A DNA stretch of 64,000 bases, taken from the IMG/VR virus record IMGVR_UViG_2731639221_000001, positions 1-64,000 of that record; one strand, written 5' to 3'. Of this stretch, positions 27,275 to 36,623 are shown one piece after another. Below the pieces are notes generated by a model. That model worked only from the letters and a program-made list of their open reading frames with translations. It ran no database searches and was not told where the DNA came from. The DNA comes from an uncultured virus (IMG/VR IMGVR_UViG_2731639221_000001). Its lineage: Duplodnaviria; Heunggongvirae; Uroviricota; Caudoviricetes. A program made the position numbers and the translations under genes. Each line of letters begins with the position of its first letter. Position 1 is the first letter of the stretch.

Positions 27275-29233
27275 TCATACTGCCATTTCAAGTTTAATTA
27301 ACTTTTTAGCATTTGCTTCACATATTACACGAGCCATGTTAACCTCAACTGCATTTCCTATGTATTTCTTTTGTTCGGCCTGAGTACCGATCAAAACATA
27401 ATCTTTCGGAAATCCCATAATCATCTTTAACTCAGGAATACGAAGCATTCTCATTTTAATATCAAGAATACCATACAATGCCATAAACTCTTTTATTTTT
27501 TTCATTTTGAGAGTATCATCTTCATAAATCTCGTAAATAATAGAATTATCTATTATCTTAATAAATGAGGGTATATGATGGGCATCATTAGTAGCTTCAA
27601 TAAGATAGGGGGGCATCTTATCCATTCTGGCGATAAGAGTAAAGCATGGCATATTTACATTGCCTCCTTTACTCTTAAATTGCGGATTCATCAAATAGTG
27701 CCATTTTCTATTTGCCGTTATTACGGGCGATGGTTCATTAACACTACTGCCTACATTTTTGAAATTTGTATTCATAAGCCAATTATCACATTGTACCAAC
27801 TTATGTTTTGGGTTAGTAGTTAATGTTGTAGCTGGCTTATCGATACTTGAAGGTGTTCCGTTTCCATATTGCAGATCAATAAAATACTGAGGGCTGACAA
27901 GTGAAAACCTATCCTTTGTCAGTACTGTAGGACATGGAGAGTTTAAGTCTTTCGGCTCATCTTTATAGTTATAAGAACATAGGAATTTAGGATTTACGAA
28001 AGCTAATCTATCTTTTGTAGTTACTACTGGTGATGGACTATTCAACGAATGATTATGTCCATTTCCATAGTATGCAGAAAGGAAAGATGTAGATATTAAT
28101 GATTGGGAATCTTTAGTTCTCAAGGTCGCTGCAGGATCATCTACACCCGATACCATTTGATTAGGGTTACCAGAATAATACTTTGTGATGAAATTAGCTT
28201 TTACCAAAGAGTGATGATCTATTGCGGTTATCGTATGTGCAGGACCATCTACGCTTATGTTTTTACTGTCTGGATGTCCGCTAAAGTGTTTAGACAGAAA
28301 GTTTACATTACAAATCTGAAGTCTCCCTTGTGTACTTATGGTTGGACATGGTTCCTCAATTCCAGGAGCATTGTATTTACCAGTTCTACCCATTGAATTG
28401 TATTTCAATAGAAATTTATCTTTTCCACCTGCTACAAACTTTATTAATCCCGAATATATACGATCTAAAGTAGCTTCTACAAGTGGTTTTTTACGACCAA
28501 ATATGCTTTCTCCCTCATCCGTAAAGTCAAGGCAATCCTTAACAGGTTTCCACTTCGATAAACTACTGAATAAATCCTTTGCTCCTGATTTGCTATGAGT
28601 TTGTTTCGGCCATGCTATGGGTAGATTATTTTTAGCAAATATTCCAAAGAAACGCTTCCTACTTGTGTATGCTCCGAAATCAGCAGCATTAAGAATACGA
28701 TAATCAAAATCATATCCGTATTTCTTTACATCATTTATCCATCTACGATAATGCTTGCCATTTGTAGATGAGATAGGTTTACCTTTTTCATCCAAGTCGC
28801 CCCACGACATAAATTCTTCTACATTCTCAATCTGTATGTAATCAGGTTTCAGAGCATCAATGTATCGGAACAGGTGTTCTGCAAGTGTACGGCTATCAGC
28901 GTCTCGTGCCATGCCTCCTTTCGCTTTACTGAAATTGGTACATTCGAGAGAAGCCCAAAGAACAATCTTTGCATTAGAATATTTAATTCTATTCAATCTG
29001 ATACATTCGCACAACATTGTCAAATCAAGAATTCTTATGTCCTCTGTAAAATGCAAGGATTCCGGATGATTCTCAGCATGAGAAGCAATAGCATTTGAAT
29101 CGTGATTAACACAAGCTATTACTTTAGCACATTTATCATTATTAATTCTTGCGTCTTCTACACCTGTGGATGTACCTCCTGCACCACAAAAAAGATCAAT
29201 ATATAGAAATTGAATATCTGCATCTATTTTCAT
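27275..29233 (-). CDS. C5 cytosine DNA methyltransferase
   Basis: DLFCGAGG, SLECTNFS, IENVEEF, RKRFF, IGNAV. Confidence 0.9.
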   Translation of the reverse strand: MKIDADIQFLYIDLFCGAGGTSTGVEDARINNDKCAKVIACVNHDSNAIASHAENHPESLHFTEDIRILDLTMLCECIRLNRIKYSNAKIVLWASLECTNFSKAKGGMARDADSRTLAEHLFRYIDALKPDYIQIENVEEFMSWGDLDEKGKPISSTNGKHYRRWINDVKKYGYDFDYRILNAADFGAYTSRKRFFGIFAKNNLPIAWPKQTHSKSGAKDLFSSLSKWKPVKDCLDFTDEGESIFGRKKPLVEATLDRIYSGLIKFVAGGKDKFLLKYNSMGRTGKYNAPGIEEPCPTISTQGRLQICNVNFLSKHFSGHPDSKNISVDGPAHTITAIDHHSLVKANFITKYYSGNPNQMVSGVDDPAATLRTKDSQSLISTSFLSAYYGNGHNHSLNSPSPVVTTKDRLAFVNPKFLCSYNYKDEPKDLNSPCPTVLTKDRFSLVSPQYFIDLQYGNGTPSSIDKPATTLTTNPKHKLVQCDNWLMNTNFKNVGSSVNEPSPVITANRKWHYLMNPQFKSKGGNVNMPCFTLIARMDKMPPYLIEATNDAHHIPSFIKIIDNSIIYEIYEDDTLKMKKIKEFMALYGILDIKMRMLRIPELKMIMGFPKDYVLIGTQAEQKKYIGNAVEVNMARVICEANAKKLIKLEMAV

Positions 29234-29387
29234 TATTCATTTTGTTTTAGATTTTACTCTTATTGTATTTGATGTAATCCGGAACGAAATATTCACACTT
29301 ACGAATTCCGGTAGAGGAATATAAGCCACTTCTGGTATTCAATGGAGCATCGCTTCTGCTCCTAGTTTGCAATATTTACAGTTCGGT

Positions 29388-31925
29388 TTAAGTTCCACAG
29401 GCTTCAAATTCCATTAAATCAAACAATGTTGGAGATAATACATCATTCTCAGCCTCTCTGAGATATATAAGCCCATCTTTCCAATAATCATAATTCAACT
29501 CAGTAGATAATCCTTTGCGGCCTAACTTTATGGCACAATAAGGGACTGTCTGAATACCTCCAAAAGGATCGAAAACAATATCTCCTTTATTACTATATCG
29601 CTCAATTAGCCTGTTAACAATATCCAACTGAAGAGGGCAAATATGATTTTGTCTATTTTTCTGTGCTTGTTTTGTATTAAGGGTCCTCATACGAACTACA
29701 TCATCCCATATATATTCCTTTTTGCTAACAGGATCTATTGCCATGAATTTTTTAGGAAGCATGTTTTTTCCAAGTAGGTATTCAGCAAATCCAACATGTC
29801 TCTCAAAATTATATATGTTTTCACGCTCAAAATTTCGAAATAAAAACCTTATCTTATCTACACCCATTCCGGTAATATCATGTTTGCTCAATAGCGTATT
29901 CCCTGAGGACTTCCAATCAGAATGAGCATCTATCTGCCATTTAGCTAACGAATACTCAGCTTTGTTCTTTACAACAGGGATATCAGCATAAGCCTTACTT
30001 GTATCTGTTTGAGGTTTCCTGAATAGCAGAATATATTCAGGACAACCAACCCCCATCTTAGATCCATCCTTTACCATCTCGGAATATCCCAATCTGTAAG
30101 TCTGATTGTTTTCACGAACAACATCTGTATCAACTGTAATCATTCCAAAGAATTCAAACTTATGCTTCATATAATGAAATATGCACATTGCATGAAAAGG
30201 ATCTAAAGTTGGCATTCCCTTTCCTGTAGCATTTCCAAATAAGATTCTATCTTTCACGTGAACAGCAAGTACCCTTCCAGGTTGAAGCATACGGTATAAT
30301 TCAGGAGATAAGAAGTCCATTTGGTCAAAGAATTTATCATTATTCGTATTATGCCCAAAATCGTTATATGTAGGTGTGTATTCGTAATGATTGGAGAAGG
30401 GAACAGACGTAACTACCAATCCAACAGAATTATCCGGTCTACTCAAACATTCCAGTACATTGTCGTTGTTGATAGCCTCCCATAACTTACTTTCTTGTAC
30501 CTCACGACTGGCAAACATCCACCTCATTAGTTTTTCATCAGTATTGGTTGATGTTAAACCGTTTTCACGAACCAGACTTACCATATTATCAACCATATTA
30601 TTATGTTGTGCCCACTTTTGCATGAATGATTTAAATATTTCAGACTCTGATTCTGCATAGACAAAGAACATCCAGACATCAAATTTTTGCATGAAGCGAT
30701 AAATACGATGTATTGCTTGAAATTTATCATTAAACCGGTAATCGATAAACATAATAGCTTTATGGCAGTGGTATTGAAAGTTAAGACCTTCACCCAGCAT
30801 TTCGGGTTTAGCTGCTAAGTATTTTAATTTCCCGGTTTTGAAATCCTCTATTATTTGATCTGCTTCATCATCATTTTGAGAACCGTATACAGCTTTACAT
30901 TCGGGAATAGCTTTACATAATGCCTGACGTTCCAATTCGGTATCGTGCCAAAAGATAAAATGGTCATCTTTGTTTTCGGGACGGTTAATTATTTCAAGTA
31001 CTCTCTCTATTTTTGATGATAAACTGTCACGTTTCTCTTTAGCTGCATCTGGTAGAGATAATGCTGCTTCACGATACATCTTCACTTGACCGTCACGATC
31101 TGTTCCTGCTGTGGAATTATCGACATCCACAACCTCTTCAAAGCATTCTAACTTTGGCAATTCATATCCTTCATCCGAATATCCCAAGTCAGATGGCTTT
31201 GTAATAACCAGTGCCCAAGTAGACACCCATAACCAGAACTCATTTTCTTTGTGAGGATATAATGTGAGGTTATTGGCTTTAGTGCTGTCACGCTGAAAAA
31301 ATCGAGTGAGAGCTTGACCTGTGTCCATAACTCCCAAATAGCCGGCATAGTGAATTATCTCTTTATACCTATTAGGAGCCGGTGTTGCTGTAGCTAAGAA
31401 TTTATATGGAACATTTGCGAATAATGGCAAAAACTCCTGATAAGTTTTTGTTCCATATCCACGAAGAACTGAGGCTTCATCAAGAGAAGTAGCTATAAAA
31501 TAATCCGGATCTATGCGAACTCCTTTTTCACCATCTCGGACTCTCTCATAATTAGTTATCATAATGTCAGATGTACATGCTTCAACTTCTTGCATGTTTT
31601 TGATATAGACAACATTCATATTCAGGTATTTTTTAGCTTGTTCAACAAACTCTACAACTACACGTTTAGGACAAACGATCAGACCTTTACCGCCTTTATA
31701 TTTGGTTATAAGTCTAAGTATCTCTAGTTGAGTGACTGTTTTTTGAAGTCCAAAATTGGAAAATATAGCACGACATCCTCCACGAATTGCCCAGCTCACA
31801 GAGTCTTTTACATGTGGATAGAGTGTTTGAGTTAATTTATCGGAAACGATATTGAATCCTGTTTGGCTACTGATAGCCATCTTTGATTTAAGAAAATCAA
31901 TGTATTCTTGCTTCTTGCAATCCAT
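29388..31925 (-). CDS. SNF2-like helicase fused to N4/N6 DNA methyltransferase
   Basis: GLQKT, LDEAS, TATP, GEGLN; then TSVPF, HICPLQ, FDPFGG; start moved to ATG 31925. Confidence 0.85.
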   Translation of the reverse strand: MDCKKQEYIDFLKSKMAISSQTGFNIVSDKLTQTLYPHVKDSVSWAIRGGCRAIFSNFGLQKTVTQLEILRLITKYKGGKGLIVCPKRVVVEFVEQAKKYLNMNVVYIKNMQEVEACTSDIMITNYERVRDGEKGVRIDPDYFIATSLDEASVLRGYGTKTYQEFLPLFANVPYKFLATATPAPNRYKEIIHYAGYLGVMDTGQALTRFFQRDSTKANNLTLYPHKENEFWLWVSTWALVITKPSDLGYSDEGYELPKLECFEEVVDVDNSTAGTDRDGQVKMYREAALSLPDAAKEKRDSLSSKIERVLEIINRPENKDDHFIFWHDTELERQALCKAIPECKAVYGSQNDDEADQIIEDFKTGKLKYLAAKPEMLGEGLNFQYHCHKAIMFIDYRFNDKFQAIHRIYRFMQKFDVWMFFVYAESESEIFKSFMQKWAQHNNMVDNMVSLVRENGLTSTNTDEKLMRWMFASREVQESKLWEAINNDNVLECLSRPDNSVGLVVTSVPFSNHYEYTPTYNDFGHNTNNDKFFDQMDFLSPELYRMLQPGRVLAVHVKDRILFGNATGKGMPTLDPFHAMCIFHYMKHKFEFFGMITVDTDVVRENNQTYRLGYSEMVKDGSKMGVGCPEYILLFRKPQTDTSKAYADIPVVKNKAEYSLAKWQIDAHSDWKSSGNTLLSKHDITGMGVDKIRFLFRNFERENIYNFERHVGFAEYLLGKNMLPKKFMAIDPVSKKEYIWDDVVRMRTLNTKQAQKNRQNHICPLQLDIVNRLIERYSNKGDIVFDPFGGIQTVPYCAIKLGRKGLSTELNYDYWKDGLIYLREAENDVLSPTLFDLMEFEACGT

Positions 31926-31983
31926 AATCTGATGTTTAATTGGTTGTGAGGACAGCCGGAATAACACCGGCTGTCAGATGCTT

Positions 31984-32925
31984 TTATTTACCGAATGTCT
32001 CATTAAATTTTTTATCCAGAATACCCAGAATTACCATCCTTTCATTCCAGTTATTACCTCCATCATAGTTTATTTTCCCAATTAACTGATCTTTTGTTCC
32101 GATAAAGCAACCGCAAACATAGAAAGGTATGTCTGCATTAAACTTATACCATAAATAAGTAGTTCCCTGTGTTGCAACATATTTGTCTGTGATATAATAT
32201 TTTCTAGTATCTACATAGCCAGGAGTATTCGGATTCGATGCAGCACGTCTGCGTACATCATTGTCGCTATCTTTCGACAATACAGTCAATACCTCAACAG
32301 GAGTATTCGGATTCGATGCAGCACTGCTGCGTACATCATTGTCGCTATCTTTCGACAATACAGTCAATACCTCAACAGGAGTATTCGGATTCGATGCAGC
32401 ACGTCTGCGTACATCATTGTCGCTATCTTTCGACAATACAGTCAATACCTCAACAGGAGTATTCGGATTCGATGCAGCACTGCTGCGTACATCATTGTGG
32501 CTATCTTTCGACAATACAGTCAATACCTCAACAGGAGTATTCGGATTCGATGCAGCACTGCTGCGTACATCATTGTCGCTATCTTTCGACAATACAGTCA
32601 ATACCTCAACAGGAGTATTCGGATTCGATGCAGCACGTCTGCGTACATCCCAGTGACTATCTTTCGACAATACAGTCAATACCTCAACAGGAGTATTCGG
32701 ATTCGATGCAGCACTGCTGCGTACATCATTGTCGCTATCTTTCGACAATACANNNNNNNNNNNNNNNNNNNNNNNNNNNNNNNNNNNNGCACGTCTGCGT
32801 ACATCCCAGTGACTATCTTTCGACAATACAGTCAATACCTCAACAGGAGTATTCGGATTCGATGCAGCACTGCTGCGTACATCCCAGTGACTATCTAATA
32901 GCTTGTTTATTTCAACTTGATTCAT
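31984..32925 (-). CDS. LRV/HEAT-like repeat protein with C-terminal CGCFxGT domain
   Basis: About nine 26-aa repeats (DSxxDVRxxAASNPNTPVEVLTVLSK); spans a 36-N gap. Confidence 0.75.
   Translation of the reverse strand: MNQVEINKLLDSHWDVRSSAASNPNTPVEVLTVLSKDSHWDVRRRXXXXXXXXXXXXXVLSKDSDNDVRSSAASNPNTPVEVLTVLSKDSHWDVRRRAASNPNTPVEVLTVLSKDSDNDVRSSAASNPNTPVEVLTVLSKDSHNDVRSSAASNPNTPVEVLTVLSKDSDNDVRRRAASNPNTPVEVLTVLSKDSDNDVRSSAASNPNTPVEVLTVLSKDSDNDVRRRAASNPNTPGYVDTRKYYITDKYVATQGTTYLWYKFNADIPFYVCGCFIGTKDQLIGKINYDGGNNWNERMVILGILDKKFNETFGK
32221..32894. repeat. 78-bp coding tandem repeat, ~8.6 copies
   Basis: Near-identical units; the N gap 32753-32788 matches the missing 36 nt of one unit. Confidence 0.95.
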
Positions 32926-32945
32926 AATGATATGTTTAATTGGTT

Positions 32946-33240
32946 TTATTTATTTTTGTGTTCTTTTTGATGACAATCCTCACATAGAAGAATAAGGCAA
33001 TCGAGATGATCAAGTTCTTTTCCAATGATGGAAATTCCATTCAAGCGATATGTTTTATGGTGTATTTCTAAATTGAAATCTTTACCACACATTTGACAAC
33101 AATGTCCATCCCGAAGCCTTACTTTACGTTTTACCGACTCCCAATAAGGATTATTCTGGAGCTGTTTCCGGTAATCTGAATACGATTAGTTTTTGAATTG
33201 ATTCTGATACTGGTTCTTCTTGTTTTGGTTTCTTTGCCAT
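32946..33240 (-). pseudogene. HNH endonuclease with frameshifted start
   Basis: Frame encodes NPYWESVKRKVRLRDGHCCQMCG...EIHHKTY...LCEDCH but has a stop before any ATG; ATG 33240 is in another frame. Confidence 0.65.
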
Positions 33241-33259
33241 GATTTTGACGTTTAATTGG

Positions 33260-34411
33260 TTATTCTGAAGCTGTGGGTAATTCTTCTTTACCTGCCCACA
33301 ATGGTAATTTTCCTTTAATTATTCCATAATTACCTGATTCTGCTTTTATGTCGAATCCCGGATAATATTTATTTTCCATACTTTCGAGAATAATACTGGA
33401 TGCCAGGTTTGATTTGTACTTTCCGATTTCAATATCATCAGGATCCCACCAGATTACAGCCGGCTGATAAGGAGGTACTGTTTGAAGCATAATCATAATG
33501 GTTACATTGAAGTTGCGTCCTGTTACAGAAGTAGCAACATCCTGATACATACCTTCTGATACTTCATATTGCAGTTTGGCACAATCGTAATAAAACTTAC
33601 TCAGTGTATCTGCTCTGGATGTCTTGAATGAGATTATTGCGTCAACGCCAATATTCTCTTTTAGATTGATCGCATCAGGACGGATCCTTACATCTAATCC
33701 GTTGGTCTCTTTTCCATACATCGAGACTTCCACTAAAGCACCTTTGAGAATCCTAGATATTATACCATTACCGTATGTGTAATAGTGATGCTTGATCAGG
33801 TCGATAATCACCTTATGTTCGGGCTGTATTATCTGATGGTTGCATCTGTCTTGATAAGCTTGAAGTATCTTTCTTAGATCATCTATTTTACGGTCCTTTG
33901 AGAATACTGCATTTTCTTTTCCTTCCAATTCCCTATAGAAGTTGATCATCTGAATTACACCTTCTTTGTAAACCAAGTTGCAATCAGGAGCAACAATAAC
34001 TTTTTCAAACAATGATGGCTCTAAAAATGCCAGATGTGCAAATGTTCCAAGTTCGAAATGCTTTCCACTTTTAGCAGGTAGCTTTTCTTCATAATTGACT
34101 AGAAATGCGAGTGGGCTTTTGAGGGCTTCTTTCTTATTACCTGAACTTATACAAGGTGAATCGAGATACGTCTGCATATCATCTTGTACGCATATACCAT
34201 TTACGGATAATGATTCGGGATCAATATTTACAGACTTTTTATCCCAGTTAACCCGGATAAAATCCAACATCGTTTCAAGTGGAGGATAAGAACCTTTATC
34301 ATAGTCAAGTTCAATTCCTGCTGAGATGTTTTGCATTCTGTTAAGAGTTTGGAGGCTTGAAAAATCCAAGCCATCCAAATCCTCATCATCTAAAAGGTCT
34401 CTGATATCCAT
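33260..34411 (-). CDS. RecE/ExoVIII-like PD-(D/E)XK exonuclease
   Basis: ISSG, FELGTFAH, EVS, RIRPD, SFKT. Confidence 0.75.
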   Translation of the reverse strand: MDIRDLLDDEDLDGLDFSSLQTLNRMQNISAGIELDYDKGSYPPLETMLDFIRVNWDKKSVNIDPESLSVNGICVQDDMQTYLDSPCISSGNKKEALKSPLAFLVNYEEKLPAKSGKHFELGTFAHLAFLEPSLFEKVIVAPDCNLVYKEGVIQMINFYRELEGKENAVFSKDRKIDDLRKILQAYQDRCNHQIIQPEHKVIIDLIKHHYYTYGNGIISRILKGALVEVSMYGKETNGLDVRIRPDAINLKENIGVDAIISFKTSRADTLSKFYYDCAKLQYEVSEGMYQDVATSVTGRNFNVTIMIMLQTVPPYQPAVIWWDPDDIEIGKYKSNLASSIILESMENKYYPGFDIKAESGNYGIIKGKLPLWAGKEELPTASE

Positions 34412-34815
34412 TATCCCAGAACCTTAACTTCAAACCTCATAGTTGAACCGTCTGTAGATTTATTCTTGGATTTATCCAAATATGTAATTTCTACAGGTGT
34501 TTTAGAATCCAAAGAAGATATTGCTTCTACTAACACCTTTTGACCGGATATGAAGTTTTCGGTAGCAGTCACAAACACTCCACATTTAATCAATTCGCCA
34601 TCTTCATTGGGAATTTCACGAATACCCATGTAGTAGGCTCTGATCGGTTGACCTTTGATAGCTGCCCAATCGTCCTGAGTTTTATACTTCAATGTTAACG
34701 AGCGTTTTGGATCTAATCCTTCTAACACACCTAACTCTTCTGTGTTGGGAATCCAAAATCTAACTTCTGTTCCTGCGAGTTGTGAGATCTCTGTTGTTTC
34801 TTTTTTGTCTGACAT
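34411..34815 (-). CDS. Hypothetical protein (possible OB-fold recombination partner)
   Basis: 134 aa coupled to the exonuclease. Confidence 0.5.
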   Translation of the reverse strand: MSDKKETTEISQLAGTEVRFWIPNTEELGVLEGLDPKRSLTLKYKTQDDWAAIKGQPIRAYYMGIREIPNEDGELIKCGVFVTATENFISGQKVLVEAISSLDSKTPVEITYLDKSKNKSTDGSTMRFEVKVLG

Positions 34816-34941
34816 AATTTTGATGTTTAATTGGTGAATACAGGTTTTAATAAAAAATCATACTTTTGTGATTGAATGTCGATTCATAATCGATGTTTAA
34901 TTGGTTAAAACAGGTTTGTCGTGATGATACGCCTGTTTTTT

Positions 34942-35091
34942 TTATTCTATCATGTAATCATAATAGTCACTTCTTAACTCTTGTATTTGTCTGTCTAATT
35001 TCGCCTCCTGACTGTTCACATATATAAAGCCAGCTAAAGCGATAAGGGAGAGGATAATTATTTCTATCCTGTTTCTAGTTTGTTTTTTCAT
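34942..35091 (-). CDS. Small membrane protein
   Basis: ATG 35091, one TM helix. Confidence 0.5.
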   Translation of the reverse strand: MKKQTRNRIEIIILSLIALAGFIYVNSQEAKLDRQIQELRSDYYDYMIE

Positions 35092-35238
35092 GATATATAA
35101 AGTATAAAACTGATTGCTACTCCAAATACAATTCCGATTATCCAAGAATAGATTTTTGCTATTTTTTGTAAGAATCGACTTCGTATTGATCGATTTCTTC
35201 TTGTAATTCGTGGATCTCTTTAAGTTTATCTTCAAGTT

Positions 35239-35595
35239 TCATATGGCGTAATTTAAAAGTGATTCGACTTGATCTCTGCGTATTTCCTGAGCTTGCAATC
35301 TTGAATCTTTTAGATATTCATTGAAGTGATTCATCACCTCGTCTTCAAGCTTGCATTTTAAGACGAAAGAATCTCTTTCATAGGTTAATTGATAATGATA
35401 CTCTTGAATTTCAGCAATTTTTATAGTGACCTCTCCAAATCCAACTGAAAAATCTACATAGACCCTTACACCGTCTACAACCTCTTGATAGCTTAAATCT
35501 TCAAGATCAGTATTATACATATAATCTGAGATTGATTGAATGATATCATTCATTTGCGATTCTGTCACTTCACAGTTAATTGTTTGTTTTGCCAT
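35239..35595 (-). CDS. Hypothetical protein
   Basis: 118-aa ORF. Confidence 0.55.
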   Translation of the reverse strand: MAKQTINCEVTESQMNDIIQSISDYMYNTDLEDLSYQEVVDGVRVYVDFSVGFGEVTIKIAEIQEYHYQLTYERDSFVLKCKLEDEVMNHFNEYLKDSRLQAQEIRRDQVESLLNYAI

Positions 35596-35597
35596 GA

Positions 35598-35879
35598 TTA
35601 TTTATTTTTTGACATTAAATACACTGTTATAGCACTTTCACTGTACATTACTTTACTTCCAACTCGTATAGGCAATAGATGTCCCCGTTTTTCAAGATTA
35701 TACAATGTTACACGGGTCACTTGTAATTTAGTGGCGGTTTCATCAGCGGTTATAAGTCTATCTTCAAATTGCTTTCTTAAGGGTGCAAATTCTTTTTGTA
35801 TAACCTCATTAACAGCACTCTTAATCATTGATTGGAGCTCTGATACTGTCATCGTAACCATTAATACTGCTTCTGCCAT
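35598..35879 (-). CDS. Excisionase-like HTH protein
   Basis: LITADETATKLQVTRVTLYNLEKRG. Confidence 0.8.
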   Translation of the reverse strand: MAEAVLMVTMTVSELQSMIKSAVNEVIQKEFAPLRKQFEDRLITADETATKLQVTRVTLYNLEKRGHLLPIRVGSKVMYSESAITVYLMSKNK

Positions 35880-35885
35880 ATGCTT

Positions 35886-36227
35886 TTATGTATCTTTTCT
35901 TGCTCTATATCCTGTTTCAGATCTTCTGTAACTGATCCTGTTTCTGTCATTGTCAAAATCAATAGGAATGGACAAAATGATGATGAAAGCGAATATTGCC
36001 GATATCAATTGTCTCCTCTGATCTTCTAGGCTCGTTCCAAAGTATTTACACCAGTAATAAGCAGCTAATTCAGTAGATTTTTGAAGCTTTGCCTTTAGCT
36101 TAATGTTGCACGTTATTTTCCGAACGGTTTCTCTTGTTATTCCGAGAAAGTCTCCTATTTCATCCGGAGTATATCCGTGTGCTGTAAACTTTAGAACATC
36201 ATGTTCTCTCTGAGTGAACTGCATCAC
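35886..36227 (-). CDS. LuxR-type HTH regulator
   Basis: FTQREHDVLKFTAHGYTPDEIGDFLGITRETV. Confidence 0.8.
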   Translation of the reverse strand: MMQFTQREHDVLKFTAHGYTPDEIGDFLGITRETVRKITCNIKLKAKLQKSTELAAYYWCKYFGTSLEDQRRQLISAIFAFIIILSIPIDFDNDRNRISYRRSETGYRARKDT

Positions 36228-36431
36228 TTATTGATTGAGGCTTTTCAGTTTTATAGTGTCTTCATCTTTCATTTCTTTGAGCCTGAATAACACAGCAACC
36301 TGATCTTTGGATAATGGTTTACCCTCTTCTTGATTCTTAATAGCATTGTAATACACACCTCTTGTCAATCCAAGTTCTTTGCAAGCTGCTTCGATATATC
36401 CGGAGCCTAGTTGTTTCTTCGAGTCTGCCAT
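36228..36431 (-). CDS. Cro-like HTH protein
   Basis: 67 aa, divergent from cI, AACKELGLTRGVYYNA. Confidence 0.6.
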   Translation of the reverse strand: MADSKKQLGSGYIEAACKELGLTRGVYYNAIKNQEEGKPLSKDQVAVLFRLKEMKDEDTIKLKSLNQ

Positions 36432-36475
36432 AATCTTTCTAGTTGTTTAATACTCCTTTTGAGTTATTTTTTATA

Positions 36476-36606
36476 TATATTTGTTTGTTTTACTTTGTAT
36501 CAAAAATGTATTTGAAATACATTATATTTATACGATGCAACAAATATACAGATATTTTCTGTATTTAAAATATGTCGAACAGATATTTTCTGTATTTAGT
36601 ACAGAT
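36476..36606. promoter_or_regulatory. Lysis/lysogeny switch: operators and promoters
   Basis: ACAGA-TATTT-TCTGT operators within 36546-36564 and 36579-36595; TATATTTG on + at 36476-83 and on - at 36541-48. Confidence 0.7.
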
Positions 36607-36623
36607 TTAACATTTTCTATAAT

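Noticed and set aside
29234..29400. Small Cys-containing gene between the methyltransferases
   Set aside because: Fragments (CKYC...CEYF) are split over frames with a stop; too short to support
27275..31925. Complete restriction-modification system
   Set aside because: No cognate restriction or specificity gene is adjacent; these look like orphan phage methyltransferases
32221..32894. CRISPR array
   Set aside because: Units are contiguous 78-mers with no unique spacers, keep a coding frame, and no cas genes are present
32238..32927. Plus-strand Cys/His-rich ORFs
   Set aside because: Shadow frames of the tandem repeat, antisense to the operon
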